Numbered from the stretch's first letter, positions 46,911-56,841 are shown. The stretch: 64,000 bases of DNA from Longimicrobiales bacterium (GCA_965211645.1 OZ242947.1:2459864-2523863); one strand, 5' to 3'. Numbers and translations are program-made. The notes: generated by a model from the letters alone, not told the origin.

Positions 46911-48596
46911 ATGACGAGCGCGACGAATTGGTTCATTGGAATCATACTCCCCATCCTGCTGCTTGGGACGGTCAGCAAGGTAGTAGGCGTCAGAGCCGAG
47001 ACCCGGCGTCGAAATGCGGAGAAGACAGCCCGCAGATTGGGGGCCTGGTTGCGAACGAGCGAGCAACTCGTGGAGCGACACGCCGATGCTACGCAGCGAA
47101 TCGAGGACCTCAAGGACGATGCGAGGTGGCGGAGACGCCTGCTCAAGGGGCTTTATGGAATTCCCGTGGCCTGGCTGGGACTGAGAAACTGGTGGGGGAA
47201 CTATCTCGACAAAGGGCTTCAGGATAGGGTGCGTGACTACGAGGCCTCTATGGTGGAAAAGGAGCGCGAATACCTGGAGCACCGTGAAAAGGACAGGGCT
47301 GCGGGGAGGAAGATGATAAAGACAAGCATAGGGATGGACGCTCTGCTTGGGACAGACGGTCGACATGTGGGATTTGGAGTGATTCTCACCTTTGTTGCCA
47401 TGACATTCGCTTGGTGGTTGAGCCCCGCACCTGAAGCGGATGGAATCGAATGGATGGTTGGGATTGTGTTGTTCGGCACGGTTGTCGTATTGAATTATCA
47501 AAAAGGGAGAGCATTTGCCTGGGGCTGTGCATTCATAGTGTACCTGTGCCTTACGACATTGGACGCAAGCCCGCTGGCCGATCTGGAGTTTAGACAAGCG
47601 ATCGACGCACAGCGCGTCAATGTAATGTTCATCGGCGTCGCGATCATGCTGACTTTGTGTCAATTCTTTGGGCGAGAGGGCGCATTGGGGGAGATTGAAG
47701 AAGACGAGCGTCAGGTGATCAGTGAAAGTGATGCGTTGACGAAATGGGCCCAAATGACCGGAACTTTCGTGAGGGCGATGCGAAGGCGCGAGGGTTTGTG
47801 GATTTTCCTGGCGCTGGCGGCTTATGGGGCGTCAATCGTCTATTTTGTTGATCCAATTCGTGACTTTCTGTGTTGGAGGCTGCCTTGTTCGACAGACGCA
47901 CGTGTAGAGGTTGTTTCCATTGCCGCGATAGCGACGCTTGCGCTACCGCTCATTTCGGTGTCACGGGCGGCCGAGGCAGAACGCATCGGTTTGGTTGTGG
48001 GTGTGGGGATTGTTGCTGGGGTAGTCGTAATGTGGTGGCTGGCCGAGCCGGGTGAGAAGCCGGACGAGTCGGTCAATCAGGACACGGTGATGACCATTTA
48101 CCCCGTGGTGACGATGGATACTGCGGTGGTTGAACGAGCGCTGCCGGCCGGGGACCGTGATGTCCTGGGTCAAGCCATCTGGTTTGGATTCGAGAGCGAT
48201 GAGCTTTCGGAAGGTGGGCAGGATACTCTGTCGACCGTAATGGATGTCCTACGGAGATACCCGACGATGGAGGTCAGAATAGAGGGGCACGCCGACGAGA
48301 GTGGAGATGAAGAATTCAATATCGATCTCGGAACGCGCCGTGCCATCGCTGTCCTGGGGCATCTGACTCGTAATGGACTGGATGGGAGTCGCTTCGCGAT
48401 CAGGTCATATGGCGAGAGCGTATCGATCAGCGACACGGCGGCGCGGAATCGGCGGGTTGAGTTCGCCGTCACCAAAGGGCCGGTGACGGAAACCGTGGTG
48501 ACCGCCAACACAAGGATGGTCATCGAGGCGGATACCGTCACGGGCCTTGGGACCATAGTGAATGCGGACACGGTCATCGTTATCGAAGTAAGGTAA
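46911..48596 (+). CDS. polytopic membrane protein (about 8 TM) with C-terminal OmpA/MotB-like peptidoglycan-binding domain
   Basis: Clearly lower-GC ORF. OmpA_C signature FESDELSEGGQDTLSTVMDVLRRYPTMEVRIEGHADESGDEEFNIDLGTRRA..V...L...G......I.SYGES......NRRVEF. Confidence 0.7.
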   Translation: MTSATNWFIGIILPILLLGTVSKVVGVRAETRRRNAEKTARRLGAWLRTSEQLVERHADATQRIEDLKDDARWRRRLLKGLYGIPVAWLGLRNWWGNYLDKGLQDRVRDYEASMVEKEREYLEHREKDRAAGRKMIKTSIGMDALLGTDGRHVGFGVILTFVAMTFAWWLSPAPEADGIEWMVGIVLFGTVVVLNYQKGRAFAWGCAFIVYLCLTTLDASPLADLEFRQAIDAQRVNVMFIGVAIMLTLCQFFGREGALGEIEEDERQVISESDALTKWAQMTGTFVRAMRRREGLWIFLALAAYGASIVYFVDPIRDFLCWRLPCSTDARVEVVSIAAIATLALPLISVSRAAEAERIGLVVGVGIVAGVVVMWWLAEPGEKPDESVNQDTVMTIYPVVTMDTAVVERALPAGDRDVLGQAIWFGFESDELSEGGQDTLSTVMDVLRRYPTMEVRIEGHADESGDEEFNIDLGTRRAIAVLGHLTRNGLDGSRFAIRSYGESVSISDTAARNRRVEFAVTKGPVTETVVTANTRMVIEADTVTGLGTIVNADTVIVIEVR

Positions 48597-48626
48597 GCCG
48601 GTGCCGGGGGCCTGAAAGCGGTAGTG

Positions 48627-48647
48627 GCGCGCGCCGAAGCCGCGCGC
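48627..48647. terminator. GC-rich hairpin between convergent genes (possible bidirectional terminator)
   Basis: GCGCGCG-ccgaagc-CGCGCGC has a 7-bp stem and a 7-nt loop. No U-tract follows. Confidence 0.3.
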
Positions 48648-48666
48648 GGAGCGAGGCGTCACCGCG

Positions 48667-49629
48667 TCACCTGTTGACGCTCGCTCGACGGAGCATGGCA
48701 ACCGCCCTTGAACTCCCGGCATCCTCTGCTGCTTCCAGGGGCGTCCGACCGTCGTAGTCACGGACCGACACATCGGCGCCGGCCTCGAGCAGGACGTTCA
48801 GAATGTCCGTGTTCTCCGCATTCGCCGCCAAGTGCAAGGGTGTCGCGCCCGTCGCGTTCCTGGCGTTCACGTCGGCCCCGGCTTCGATAAGGGCAAGAGC
48901 CACTTCGGGGTTCCAGTTGGCATACAACGCCCTCAGGAGAGGGGTATCTCCATACCCGTTTTCGACGTTCACGTCGGATCCCCCGTTCACAAGAGCCAAC
49001 GCTACCTCGGGGTTCTCGTTGTTCGCCGCCGCCAGGTGGAGTGGTGTCTCGCCGAGGTGGCTCGCACGGGCGTCGGGTTCAGCTCCGGCTCGCATGAGAG
49101 CCATAGCCATCTCCGGGTTCTCGTTGGACCGTGCCGCGAGCGAAAGGGCTGTCCATCCTCCCGGGCTCGTGGCGTTCACGTCCACTCCGGCGCGGACGAA
49201 CGTCAGGGCCACCTTCGGATTCCCGTTGAATATTGCCGCGTCGAGCAGGTGCCGGGTTTCGGCGCGTGCGCCGGCTCCGAGAAGGACAAGCGCCACCTGG
49301 GGATTCCCGTTGTACCGCGCTGCCATGTCCAGGGGTGCCCGATGCATGGCGCTTGTGCCGAAGTAGCTGTCCATGGCGCCGATGTCGGCCCCGGCTTCGA
49401 TAACCGCTTCAACCACACCCGGGTGCCCGCTCCAGGCCGCAGCGAGATGAAGGGGCGTCAGACCGGCTGAATCCCGGACCATCACATCTGCCCCCGCCGT
49501 CAGGCAGACCCTCGCATCGCCAGGAGTTGCCGACCTGAAGAAGGCTTCGGTATTCCAGGTTGCGCAATCGGGGGACGCGCACGCAGCCAGCAGAAACGTT
49601 GTCAGCAACAGACTCGTGGTCCGCAGCAT
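48667..49629 (-). CDS. ankyrin-repeat lipoprotein
   Basis: Start at MLRTTSLLLTTFLLAAC (lipobox). At least 8 ankyrin repeats (G.TPLHLAA....NP.V...L...GADVN). Confidence 0.8.
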   Translation of the reverse strand: MLRTTSLLLTTFLLAACASPDCATWNTEAFFRSATPGDARVCLTAGADVMVRDSAGLTPLHLAAAWSGHPGVVEAVIEAGADIGAMDSYFGTSAMHRAPLDMAARYNGNPQVALVLLGAGARAETRHLLDAAIFNGNPKVALTFVRAGVDVNATSPGGWTALSLAARSNENPEMAMALMRAGAEPDARASHLGETPLHLAAANNENPEVALALVNGGSDVNVENGYGDTPLLRALYANWNPEVALALIEAGADVNARNATGATPLHLAANAENTDILNVLLEAGADVSVRDYDGRTPLEAAEDAGSSRAVAMLRRASVNR

Positions 49630-49787
49630 CGAAGGCCTTCCAGAGAAATGCATGGAGTGATGGTCGCCACCCTGGCAGGGGTCTTGAGATTCTCGAACAA
49701 GGCAGCAACAGGCACCCGCCTTCCGTCCAACCTCGCTTCCCAAAGTACTGTGTCGCCCCCATCAGGACGTGCCACGCGGCGCTGGCC

Positions 49788-50996
49788 CTACCCCCCACCT
49801 CCCCCAACCGGATCCTCCAACCCCCGCGCCACACACAACCGCCGGATCTCGGCCATGGTGTACTCGTTGCCCCAGTTCCACTCGCTCTCGAGAGTAGCGT
49901 AGGCATCGCGGAACTTCCCGAACGCACCTTCCGCGTCGCCTTCGGCCAGGAGCACGGCGCCCTCCGTTCGGGTCCGGACTGTCGGATCGAAGGCGAGCAA
50001 TGCGCTCTTGCCCGCTCCCTCCAGCCGGCTGCGCGCGGACTTCGCGTCACCGGCATAGGCGCCCTCGAAGTATGCCGCGGCCAGGTCGATGACCGGCCGG
50101 TATGGGGGATAAGCCCCGTCGCGGTGGTTCAGCAGGTACCGGATGTGCTCCCCGGCGGCATCGACATCCCCGCGATGCAGCGCATCTGAGTGGGCAGCGA
50201 GGCGCCCCGCCAGGTCCTCGTGGGAGCCGTCGGCCAGCGAGGCGGCCTTCGCGACGAGGCCTGGGTCCCGGTCGCTAGGAGGCACCTGGGCCATCGCGTA
50301 CGCGCCCAACGCCATGAGGGCCGCGTATCCGTCCGCGTACGCACCGGGACGCAGGAGCTTGAGAATCCGCTTGCCGTCGTTGACGAACGCGCCCTGATTG
50401 ATGGGCAGCAGCGTCACGAACCCGATGCCGACCGACACTATGCCCAGGAAGAGCACGCCGGCGGCCAGCGCATCCTGCAGGGGGCCCTGCGCAGCCAGAG
50501 TGCCCGCGAGGTCCGCGCGCACGTAGATCACGAACACGAGCACGCCCACCACAATGCTGGTGACCGGCCCGCCCGCGATGAAGCTCAACATGGCCCTGCG
50601 CAGCCTCCGCGTGCTTCCGGGCACACTCGACACCACCCCGCCCGCCAGCGCCAGCCTTCTGTTGAGCCGCCAGCCCAGGCGCCCGTCGGGTTCACGCTGG
50701 ATGTGCACGGGTCCCACGATCAGCATGCCCAGGCGCATCCCGCGCAGGCGTCCGCCGATCGCATGACCGAGCTCGTGGACAGCGAGCGCCAGGAAGGCCG
50801 CAACAACCATGAATGCGATGAGTGCAACGATGGACGACGACGCCCCGCCCTCGTCAGCGGCCGGGCCGGGATCCGGGTCGCCGAAGAGCGCGTTCACGCC
50901 CAGCGCCAGACCGACTCCGAGCCCGACGGCGAGCAGGAGAGTGGCCGCGGTTCGGGCGCGGGGTTTGACTGTCGAGTTGCTCTTATGAGTCGGCAT
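49788..50996 (-). CDS. M50-family (site-2 protease-like) membrane metalloprotease with TPR-like C-terminal domain
   Basis: HELGH in a TM helix, later LLPINQGAFVNDG (NxxPxxxxDG-like). Helical repeat C-terminus. Confidence 0.65.
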   Translation of the reverse strand: MPTHKSNSTVKPRARTAATLLLAVGLGVGLALGVNALFGDPDPGPAADEGGASSSIVALIAFMVVAAFLALAVHELGHAIGGRLRGMRLGMLIVGPVHIQREPDGRLGWRLNRRLALAGGVVSSVPGSTRRLRRAMLSFIAGGPVTSIVVGVLVFVIYVRADLAGTLAAQGPLQDALAAGVLFLGIVSVGIGFVTLLPINQGAFVNDGKRILKLLRPGAYADGYAALMALGAYAMAQVPPSDRDPGLVAKAASLADGSHEDLAGRLAAHSDALHRGDVDAAGEHIRYLLNHRDGAYPPYRPVIDLAAAYFEGAYAGDAKSARSRLEGAGKSALLAFDPTVRTRTEGAVLLAEGDAEGAFGKFRDAYATLESEWNWGNEYTMAEIRRLCVARGLEDPVGGGGG

Positions 50997-51120
50997 GTGG
51001 CTCCTCGGCGTCTTCAGAATTTGCGTGCCGCCGCTTTGACTCCCGGGTTACAATCAACCCCCCCAACACACTGCGCCGACTCGATCGTCGGCCGCAACCA
51101 CATCAACAAGAGGAACCCAA

Positions 51121-52197
51121 ATGCGATACAAGCTCCTGGGAAGAAGCGGCCTCCGCGTGTCGGAGGTCTGCCTGGGCACCATGATGATGTCGACGGAGTC
51201 GCCCAGCTCCGCCGGACCCGAGGAGAGCCGCCGGATCCTGGAAGCGTTCGCGGACAGGGGCGGCAACTACTTCGACACGGCCAACGAAGTCTACAACGGC
51301 GGTCTCAGCGAGCGGATCCTCGGGGACTTCGTCGCTTCCGAGCGCCATCGCTACGTCGTGACGACGAAGTACACCAACACCTTGTACAGCGCCTTCGACC
51401 CGAGCATTCGGGACCATCCCAACGCCGGAGGCAACCACAAGAAGAGCATGGTGCACTCGGTCGAAGGCAGCCTGAAACGCCTCGGCGTGGACTACATCGA
51501 CCTCCTCTGGATTCACTTCTGGGAGTACAGCACCGACATCGTGGACGTGATGCGCAACGTCAACGACCTCGTGCAGCAGGGCAAGGTCCTGCACTTCGGC
51601 TTGTGCAACACGCCGGCCTGGGTAGTGGCGCGCGGCCAGACCGTGGCCGAGCAGAGAGGCTGGGAGCCGATCTCGGCACTGCAGTACCAGTACAACCTGG
51701 TCTCGAGGGACCTGGAATTCGAGATCATCCCCTGTGCCCGCGCGCTCGGAATCAGCATGAACGCCTACTCGCCGCTGGCCGGCGGCTTCCTGACCGGCAA
51801 GTACACACGTGGCGACAACAGCGAGAGCCGACGCTTCGACAGCGAGCTCTGGAGGCAATGGGCCTTCCAGTTCGACGAGAGAGCGTTCGACATCGCCCGC
51901 AAGGTCGACGAGATCGCCGACCGCCTCGGAACCAGCTCCGCCGCGGTGGCCCTGGCGTGGGTGCGCGACCGCGGCGTCATCCCGATGATCGGGGCCCGGA
52001 AGGTCTCCCAGATCGAAGACAGCCTGCGATATCTGTCACTCACCCTGCCCGCCGAGGACATGCAGGCGCTGAACGAGGCGAGCGCCCCCGTTCTGCCTTG
52101 GACGTACCACCTCCTCCACAGCGACGAGAGCCGGATACGCCAACTCGCCACCGGCGGCATGCTGGACGCGATCGACAATGAGCGTTTTCCGTTCTGA
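51121..52197 (+). CDS. aldo/keto reductase
   Basis: MRYKLLGRSGLRVSEVCLGTM, FDTANEVYNGG.SE, LHFGLCN, YSPLAGG motifs. Confidence 0.85.
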   Translation: MRYKLLGRSGLRVSEVCLGTMMMSTESPSSAGPEESRRILEAFADRGGNYFDTANEVYNGGLSERILGDFVASERHRYVVTTKYTNTLYSAFDPSIRDHPNAGGNHKKSMVHSVEGSLKRLGVDYIDLLWIHFWEYSTDIVDVMRNVNDLVQQGKVLHFGLCNTPAWVVARGQTVAEQRGWEPISALQYQYNLVSRDLEFEIIPCARALGISMNAYSPLAGGFLTGKYTRGDNSESRRFDSELWRQWAFQFDERAFDIARKVDEIADRLGTSSAAVALAWVRDRGVIPMIGARKVSQIEDSLRYLSLTLPAEDMQALNEASAPVLPWTYHLLHSDESRIRQLATGGMLDAIDNERFPF

Positions 52198-52256
52198 GGA
52201 CTGATCGCTGGCGGTCCGCGGCGGCCGAGTCAGTGGTATTGGCGGTAGGAGGGGGG

Positions 52257-52332
52257 AGAAGAGGGCGGCGATGGCGGTTGCGGGCGTGGTGGCCGTGCCG
52301 GGTTGCAGCTGGTGGGTATCGGCACGGGGGGA
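52257..52332 (+). repeat. 76-bp repeat, copy A (70/76 identical to 56766..56841)
   Basis: AGAAGAGGGCGGCGATGGCGGTTGCGG...GTGCCG-N19-CGGCACGGGGGGA. My manual alignment gives 6 mismatches and no gaps. Confidence 0.8.
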
Positions 52333-52442
52333 GGGTCAGGATACCGCACGGTGATCCTTACCTCGCCAGGTCCCGTTATCTAGCGGCGTCATTGCAGGGC
52401 GCCCATGCAGCGGCGTCAGCCGGAGGAGAGTGACAACTACCA

Positions 52443-52471
52443 TTGTCATACTGTAAAGCATACCTTACATT
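52443..52471 (+). promoter_or_regulatory. weak candidate sigma70-type promoter
   Basis: TTGTCA, 17 nt, TACATT in an AT-richer spacer upstream of 52635..53645. Confidence 0.2.
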
Positions 52472-52634
52472 TCGGTTCACTGCTGCACTTGGCGTCTACT
52501 CCCCACCGACCACAACCGGGGAAACTTGGCCGATTCAGCTATGGTGTCGATCCACAGGTCTTCGTATTGATTCCCGCCAACGGAGGAATTGCCGCGGCTC
52601 GCAAAGCCGCGTGACCAGGGAACGGGAGAGGCTG

Positions 52635-52829
52635 ATGGAGAGACGGGCAGGGCACAAGACCGAGCGGGGTCGGACCATCCACCATACCGTGAGCGGCGGC
52701 CACTCGGTCGATCGTGCGGAACTCCTTCGAAGCAAGAGGGTCCAGAGGGTCATTTCCGAAGTGGCCGAGAAGCTGAAGGTTCCCGGGCCAACGGCTTCAC
52801 CTCCACCGGCACCGAAACAGACCGCCTAG
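52635..52829 (+). CDS. small hypothetical protein, possible antitoxin partner of the zeta-like ATPase
   Basis: GGGAGAG sits 4 nt before ATG 52635. 64 aa. It ends 42 nt before the P-loop gene. No motif recognised. Confidence 0.3.
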   Translation: MERRAGHKTERGRTIHHTVSGGHSVDRAELLRSKRVQRVISEVAEKLKVPGPTASPPPAPKQTA

Positions 52830-52871
52830 TCTCCGCGCCGCCCAGCGGAAGTCCCACGGGTTCGCCGCGCT

Positions 52872-53645
52872 ATGAGGATCCTCGTAATCGCGGGTCCGAA
52901 CGGAGCCGGCAAGACGACGTTTGCACGGCGCTACCTGAAACGCGAGGGGGATCGACGTCGGTTCGTGAACGGTGACGAAATCGCCGCGCGGCTGCGTCCG
53001 GACGACCCCGGTGCCGTCGCGCAACAGGCGGGGAGGTTGGCGTTGCGCGAAATGGAGGCCCACGTCGCCAGAGGGGAAGACTTCGCAACCGAGTCCACCC
53101 TCAGCGGCAGGACCTACGCCAAAAGGATCAGACGATGGCAGGCCGCCGGATATCGGGTCGCCATAATCTATCTTCGGTTGCCGAGCGTCGATCACGCCGT
53201 CGCGCGCGTCGCCCGACGCGTTCGCGAAGGAGGGCACCAGATTCCCGAGGCCGTGATCCGCCGGCGCTTCGAGCGGAGTTGGCGGAACTTCCGCGACCTT
53301 TACCGGAAGGTTGTGGACGGATGGCGGGTGTACGACAATTCCGGTGAGGGGCCGGTTCTGCTGGAGGAGTCCGAGGAATGGAACGCGGTCCGCGAGCCGA
53401 GTACGAAGTGGCGGCCATCGGACGGAAGGCAACAAATGACAGAGCGACCCTGGAGATTTCCGGAAGGGGAACCATCGCACGAGAGCATTCTCGCCGCCCT
53501 GGTCCTCGCACGTAAGGACGCAATGCGAAGGGTAGCCGAATACGAAGCCCGGGAAGCGGCCAAGGCAGCGGCGGAAACGGACGGCGGCGACGGTGACGGC
53601 GAAACGAAGTCGACTCAACCCGCCGCCGAAGGAGAGCCGCCGTAG
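52872..53645 (+). CDS. zeta-toxin-like / COG4185-type P-loop kinase-fold protein with a C-terminal extension
   Basis: MRILVIAGPNGAGKTTFARRYL Walker A. A core of about 190 aa is followed by an acidic/Ala-rich tail of about 65 aa. Confidence 0.6.
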   Translation: MRILVIAGPNGAGKTTFARRYLKREGDRRRFVNGDEIAARLRPDDPGAVAQQAGRLALREMEAHVARGEDFATESTLSGRTYAKRIRRWQAAGYRVAIIYLRLPSVDHAVARVARRVREGGHQIPEAVIRRRFERSWRNFRDLYRKVVDGWRVYDNSGEGPVLLEESEEWNAVREPSTKWRPSDGRQQMTERPWRFPEGEPSHESILAALVLARKDAMRRVAEYEAREAAKAAAETDGGDGDGETKSTQPAAEGEPP

Positions 53646-53742
53646 CCTGCGGACTACCTCGGTACGACCCCTGTCGTCACGCTTGAACCTGGCTGCGGGG
53701 CGGCGGCTGCCGTTGGGCTTGGCCTGGCGAGGGAGGAGCAAG

Positions 53743-55143
53743 ATGAGGAAGCCAGGAGGACGGCTCCCCTCAGCGGGTCTGACCGCCGTACTAACCGTAA
53801 TTTCCCTCCTCGCCGCGCCGTCGCTCGACGCCCAGTCGAACGCAGAGGAATCCGCAACTTCCCCTGCCGACCAGACCGACTCCGCCGCAATCGCGACTCT
53901 CGCGGCGTGGGCGGATCAGGTGTGGCTGTCCCTGCTCGACCGCGACGGTGCCTACTACGGCCGTCTGGCAGAGGAGGGCATCTTCCAGCGGTTCAACCCG
54001 CGAATGAACGACGAGTACGAGCTGGAGATCCGCGGAAGCCTCTTCCATCCCGGTGAAGACGCACGCTGGGCCGAGAAGCCCAACGGCTTTCGGGTTGCCG
54101 GGGCCTCGATCAGCCATCCGCACATCCTCAACTTCGTGGACTGGCGCCAGGAGATCCACGTCTCCGGCCCCGTGGATCTGATGGCACGCTACCGCCGTGA
54201 GCGATCGCTCACGGCACGGCGCGACTACCCGTCGGTCGGCATGCGCTGGCGCGACGTGCTCGGGACGCCGTGGACCGCGCAGGTGGGGATCGGCGTCCAC
54301 TTCTTCAAGCCGTCCGCAGACGTGGAGGTCGCGCTGGCACGCTCCTGGAGAGACGGCGAAGACCGGAGCTGGGGGCTGGAGGTGCGCCTCGCAGCGCTCG
54401 ACGCCTTCAACGAAGCGATCTTCCAGGGCCTGGGAGTGAGGGCGGACGACGTGGACGCCCACTACGACTACACGGGGGCTCCCCTCGCCGCCCGCACGAC
54501 CCTGAGGGCCGCGGCGTCACGCTGGCGAGCGGAGCTGCACGCGGGATCGAGCCGAAGAAGCGAGGTACGCGTGACCTTTCCGGCAACCGGCCAGGCTCCG
54601 TTTACCCAGCTCGAACGGGTCGCGTTCCTGGGAGCACTCCTCCAGGTCACACCGCTCGAGCGGGTGACGGCGGCGCTGTACGGCACATGGGCGAGGGCGG
54701 ACACCGAGCGGCGGCGGGCGTCCTCGAGCGGGCCCGGCTTCACTCTGCGCGAGCAAACGGTGACCGTGGGCGCCCGCGCACGGACCCGACTGAACCCGCT
54801 GTGGGCGGTCGAAACGGAACTGGAGCGGGTGGGGCGACCCGAATCGCGCGCGCCGGGTGGAGGCGCTCCCCGCGAGCACCGTGATCGTGAGGTTTTCGCC
54901 CGGACGGCCCTCGTCCGGTACCCGGAGGCGGGATGGACGAGCCGCCTGGCCTACGCGCTCCTGGACCGCGATGCGGGCTACCTGGCGCCCTGGCTCACCG
55001 CGCAGAATCATCGACTGATCACGGAAGCGGGCCACCGATTCCGGTCGGGCTTCGAGGTGACGGCCGGGGTCAGCTGGGACCTGGACCACTTCGGGCTGGC
55101 GCCGTTCGACGGCGGGCATCTGCGGCTGTCGGCGGGCTGGTGA
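53743..55143 (+). CDS. putative outer-membrane beta-barrel protein
   Basis: GGGAGGAG precedes ATG 53743. Signal peptide LTAVLTVISLLAAPSLDAQ. Alternating-polarity strands. C-terminal ...GGHLRLSAGW ends in an aromatic residue. Confidence 0.45.
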   Translation: MRKPGGRLPSAGLTAVLTVISLLAAPSLDAQSNAEESATSPADQTDSAAIATLAAWADQVWLSLLDRDGAYYGRLAEEGIFQRFNPRMNDEYELEIRGSLFHPGEDARWAEKPNGFRVAGASISHPHILNFVDWRQEIHVSGPVDLMARYRRERSLTARRDYPSVGMRWRDVLGTPWTAQVGIGVHFFKPSADVEVALARSWRDGEDRSWGLEVRLAALDAFNEAIFQGLGVRADDVDAHYDYTGAPLAARTTLRAAASRWRAELHAGSSRRSEVRVTFPATGQAPFTQLERVAFLGALLQVTPLERVTAALYGTWARADTERRRASSSGPGFTLREQTVTVGARARTRLNPLWAVETELERVGRPESRAPGGGAPREHRDREVFARTALVRYPEAGWTSRLAYALLDRDAGYLAPWLTAQNHRLITEAGHRFRSGFEVTAGVSWDLDHFGLAPFDGGHLRLSAGW

Positions 55144-55193
55144 AGCGGTCCAGCCCGATTGGAGCGGCATCGCGGATGCTTGCCAGCCTACCC

Positions 55194-55625
55194 TCAAGAG
55201 GGGCCGCCGCCCGGGGAAAGCAGCGGAATGCGCTGCCTCCGGCTCCTGCGATAGATCGTGAAGTCGCGGTCCAGGGTGAGGACCGGACTGGCCCGGTGCA
55301 GTTCGGACATCCGGACCAGGCACGCATCCGCGAGAGACATGGGGACGTCGCGGTACTTCGTGACGAGGCGGTCCACTGCATCGATCTCGTCCGAGAGCGA
55401 AAACGACAGATCGAGGGCCCCGCGGCGGACGACGTCGAGTACTCTGCTCTGGCCCCCCGGCGTGAGACGCCGGGCGAGAAAACACGCCTCGACCAACACC
55501 GCCTCGCAGGAAAGGAACGGGGGTTCGAGCGCGCCCCACTGCTCGCGCGCCCACGCGTGGTGAGGATCGCGCGAATTGAGAAGAGCAATCAGGGGGCCCG
55601 TGTCGAGAATGATCTCCCGGTTCAC
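55194..55625 (-). CDS. vapC: PIN-domain toxin VapC
   Basis: GTGA overlap with the RHH gene. IILDTGPLIALLN, LADACLV, TLDRDF. Confidence 0.8.
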   Translation of the reverse strand: MNREIILDTGPLIALLNSRDPHHAWAREQWGALEPPFLSCEAVLVEACFLARRLTPGGQSRVLDVVRRGALDLSFSLSDEIDAVDRLVTKYRDVPMSLADACLVRMSELHRASPVLTLDRDFTIYRRSRRQRIPLLSPGGGPS

Positions 55626-55861
55626 TCACCGAAGCCTTGCATGTACTTCCTGTTTGTCGACAGATCCTCTGGGCCTTCGCAGGAACCAGCAAGATCGAAC
55701 ACGAGGTCCAGGGCCGATTCGGGGCCTCCGGCCCCTTCCCCGTCGAGGAAGGCGTCGATGGCCTCGCGAATGAGCGCCGATTTGCTGACGCCCTTGCGGT
55801 GGGCAGCCGCGGCGACATCCCCGGCAAGAGACTTCGGCATTCTCAGCGACACGCTGACCAT
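55622..55861 (-). CDS. RHH (CopG-like) antitoxin
   Basis: VSVSLRMPKSLAGDVAAAAHRKGVSKSALIREAIDAFL. Confidence 0.7.
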   Translation of the reverse strand: MVSVSLRMPKSLAGDVAAAAHRKGVSKSALIREAIDAFLDGEGAGGPESALDLVFDLAGSCEGPEDLSTNRKYMQGFGE

Positions 55862-56077
55862 GGTACTTTCCCGTCCCCGATTGTCCGTATTACCCCTAAC
55901 AGCGAATCAGTATTACAGACAACGAGGCCCTCGTCAAGGCGGACGCCCTGGTCTCTGGCCACGGAGGGCAGACTTCGGCGTGGCAAGCAGCGCCCGGAGA
56001 ACGCGAGTTGGATGCCCAGTGGCCTCCTCGAGGCTTCCCTGCTCGGCCAGGTAGTCCCCGAAGGCCGGGCTCCGCGC

Positions 56078-56614
56078 CTATTCGGGGTTGTAGGGTAGCG
56101 ATGAATGATGAAGATTGATCTTCAAATCACCGTCAACAAGTACGTAGCCAAACGTGTACTCAACCTTTGTCTCGCTGCCGTCCGGACCCGTGAAGTAGTA
56201 GTTGCCCATGGCCATTGCGGAGGCGTCGTTGGTGTAGATGCCGTTGTTCTCCCACCGAACGTTGGTCCAGCCCGAGATTGCGAACCCCTTGTCCTCCGTT
56301 CCGTCCTGCCCGATGAAATAGCTCAGGGCTCCCTCAAATGTCTCTCGGAACTGGTTTTCCGCTGCCATGGTCGGCTTGAACATGACCCTGGTCTCGCCAT
56401 ATGCATAAAGGTCATTGATGTGTTCCGTCGCACGGGCGGCGTAGTCGCCGCCATCGGCATGAGTCCTGGCAATCGCGACAATACCCGCGCCCCAGGCTCT
56501 CTGTGCATCAATGACAGCCTGTTCGGAGATCTGTTGCGCTGCCGCCGAAGGCGCCATGGCGGCGGGGGCGAGGCCGGAAGCCGCGGTCGGAACAAGATCG
56601 TGTTGATCCTTCAT
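56078..56614 (-). CDS. NTF2-like (SnoaL/CaMKII-association-domain-like) protein
   Basis: 178 aa. VIDAQRAWGAGIVAI...G.YYF....G....V.YTFGY pattern. Tentative fold-level call. Confidence 0.5.
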   Translation of the reverse strand: MKDQHDLVPTAASGLAPAAMAPSAAAQQISEQAVIDAQRAWGAGIVAIARTHADGGDYAARATEHINDLYAYGETRVMFKPTMAAENQFRETFEGALSYFIGQDGTEDKGFAISGWTNVRWENNGIYTNDASAMAMGNYYFTGPDGSETKVEYTFGYVLVDGDLKINLHHSSLPYNPE

Positions 56615-56765
56615 GATCGGTGTCCTCCCTTTCGTGGAATAGACGAGATCGTGAACTCGTGGCTGGTTTTAGCAACCGTTTCCTTTCCCAGCAACACCTG
56701 CGCTGCGTCGGAGAACAGGAGTTGGAATGTCAACCGCAGTTTCCATTAAGTAAACTCTGATTCAC

Positions 56766-56841
56766 AGAAGAGGGCGGCGATGGCGGTTGCGGCCGCGATG
56801 GCGGTGCCGAGTTGCAGCTGGTGGGGATCGGCACGGGGGGA
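56766..56841 (+). repeat. 76-bp repeat, copy B
   Basis: See copy A. It lies 127 nt before IS21 copy 2 and 89 nt from the displaced higA stop. Confidence 0.8.

Noticed and set aside
52257-52332. The 76-bp repeat as a tRNA-derived attachment site
   Set aside because: I could find no cloverleaf-compatible sequence or T-loop (GGTTCGAATCC-like) motif, and no integrase gene lies between the copies. It is kept as an unexplained repeat instead.
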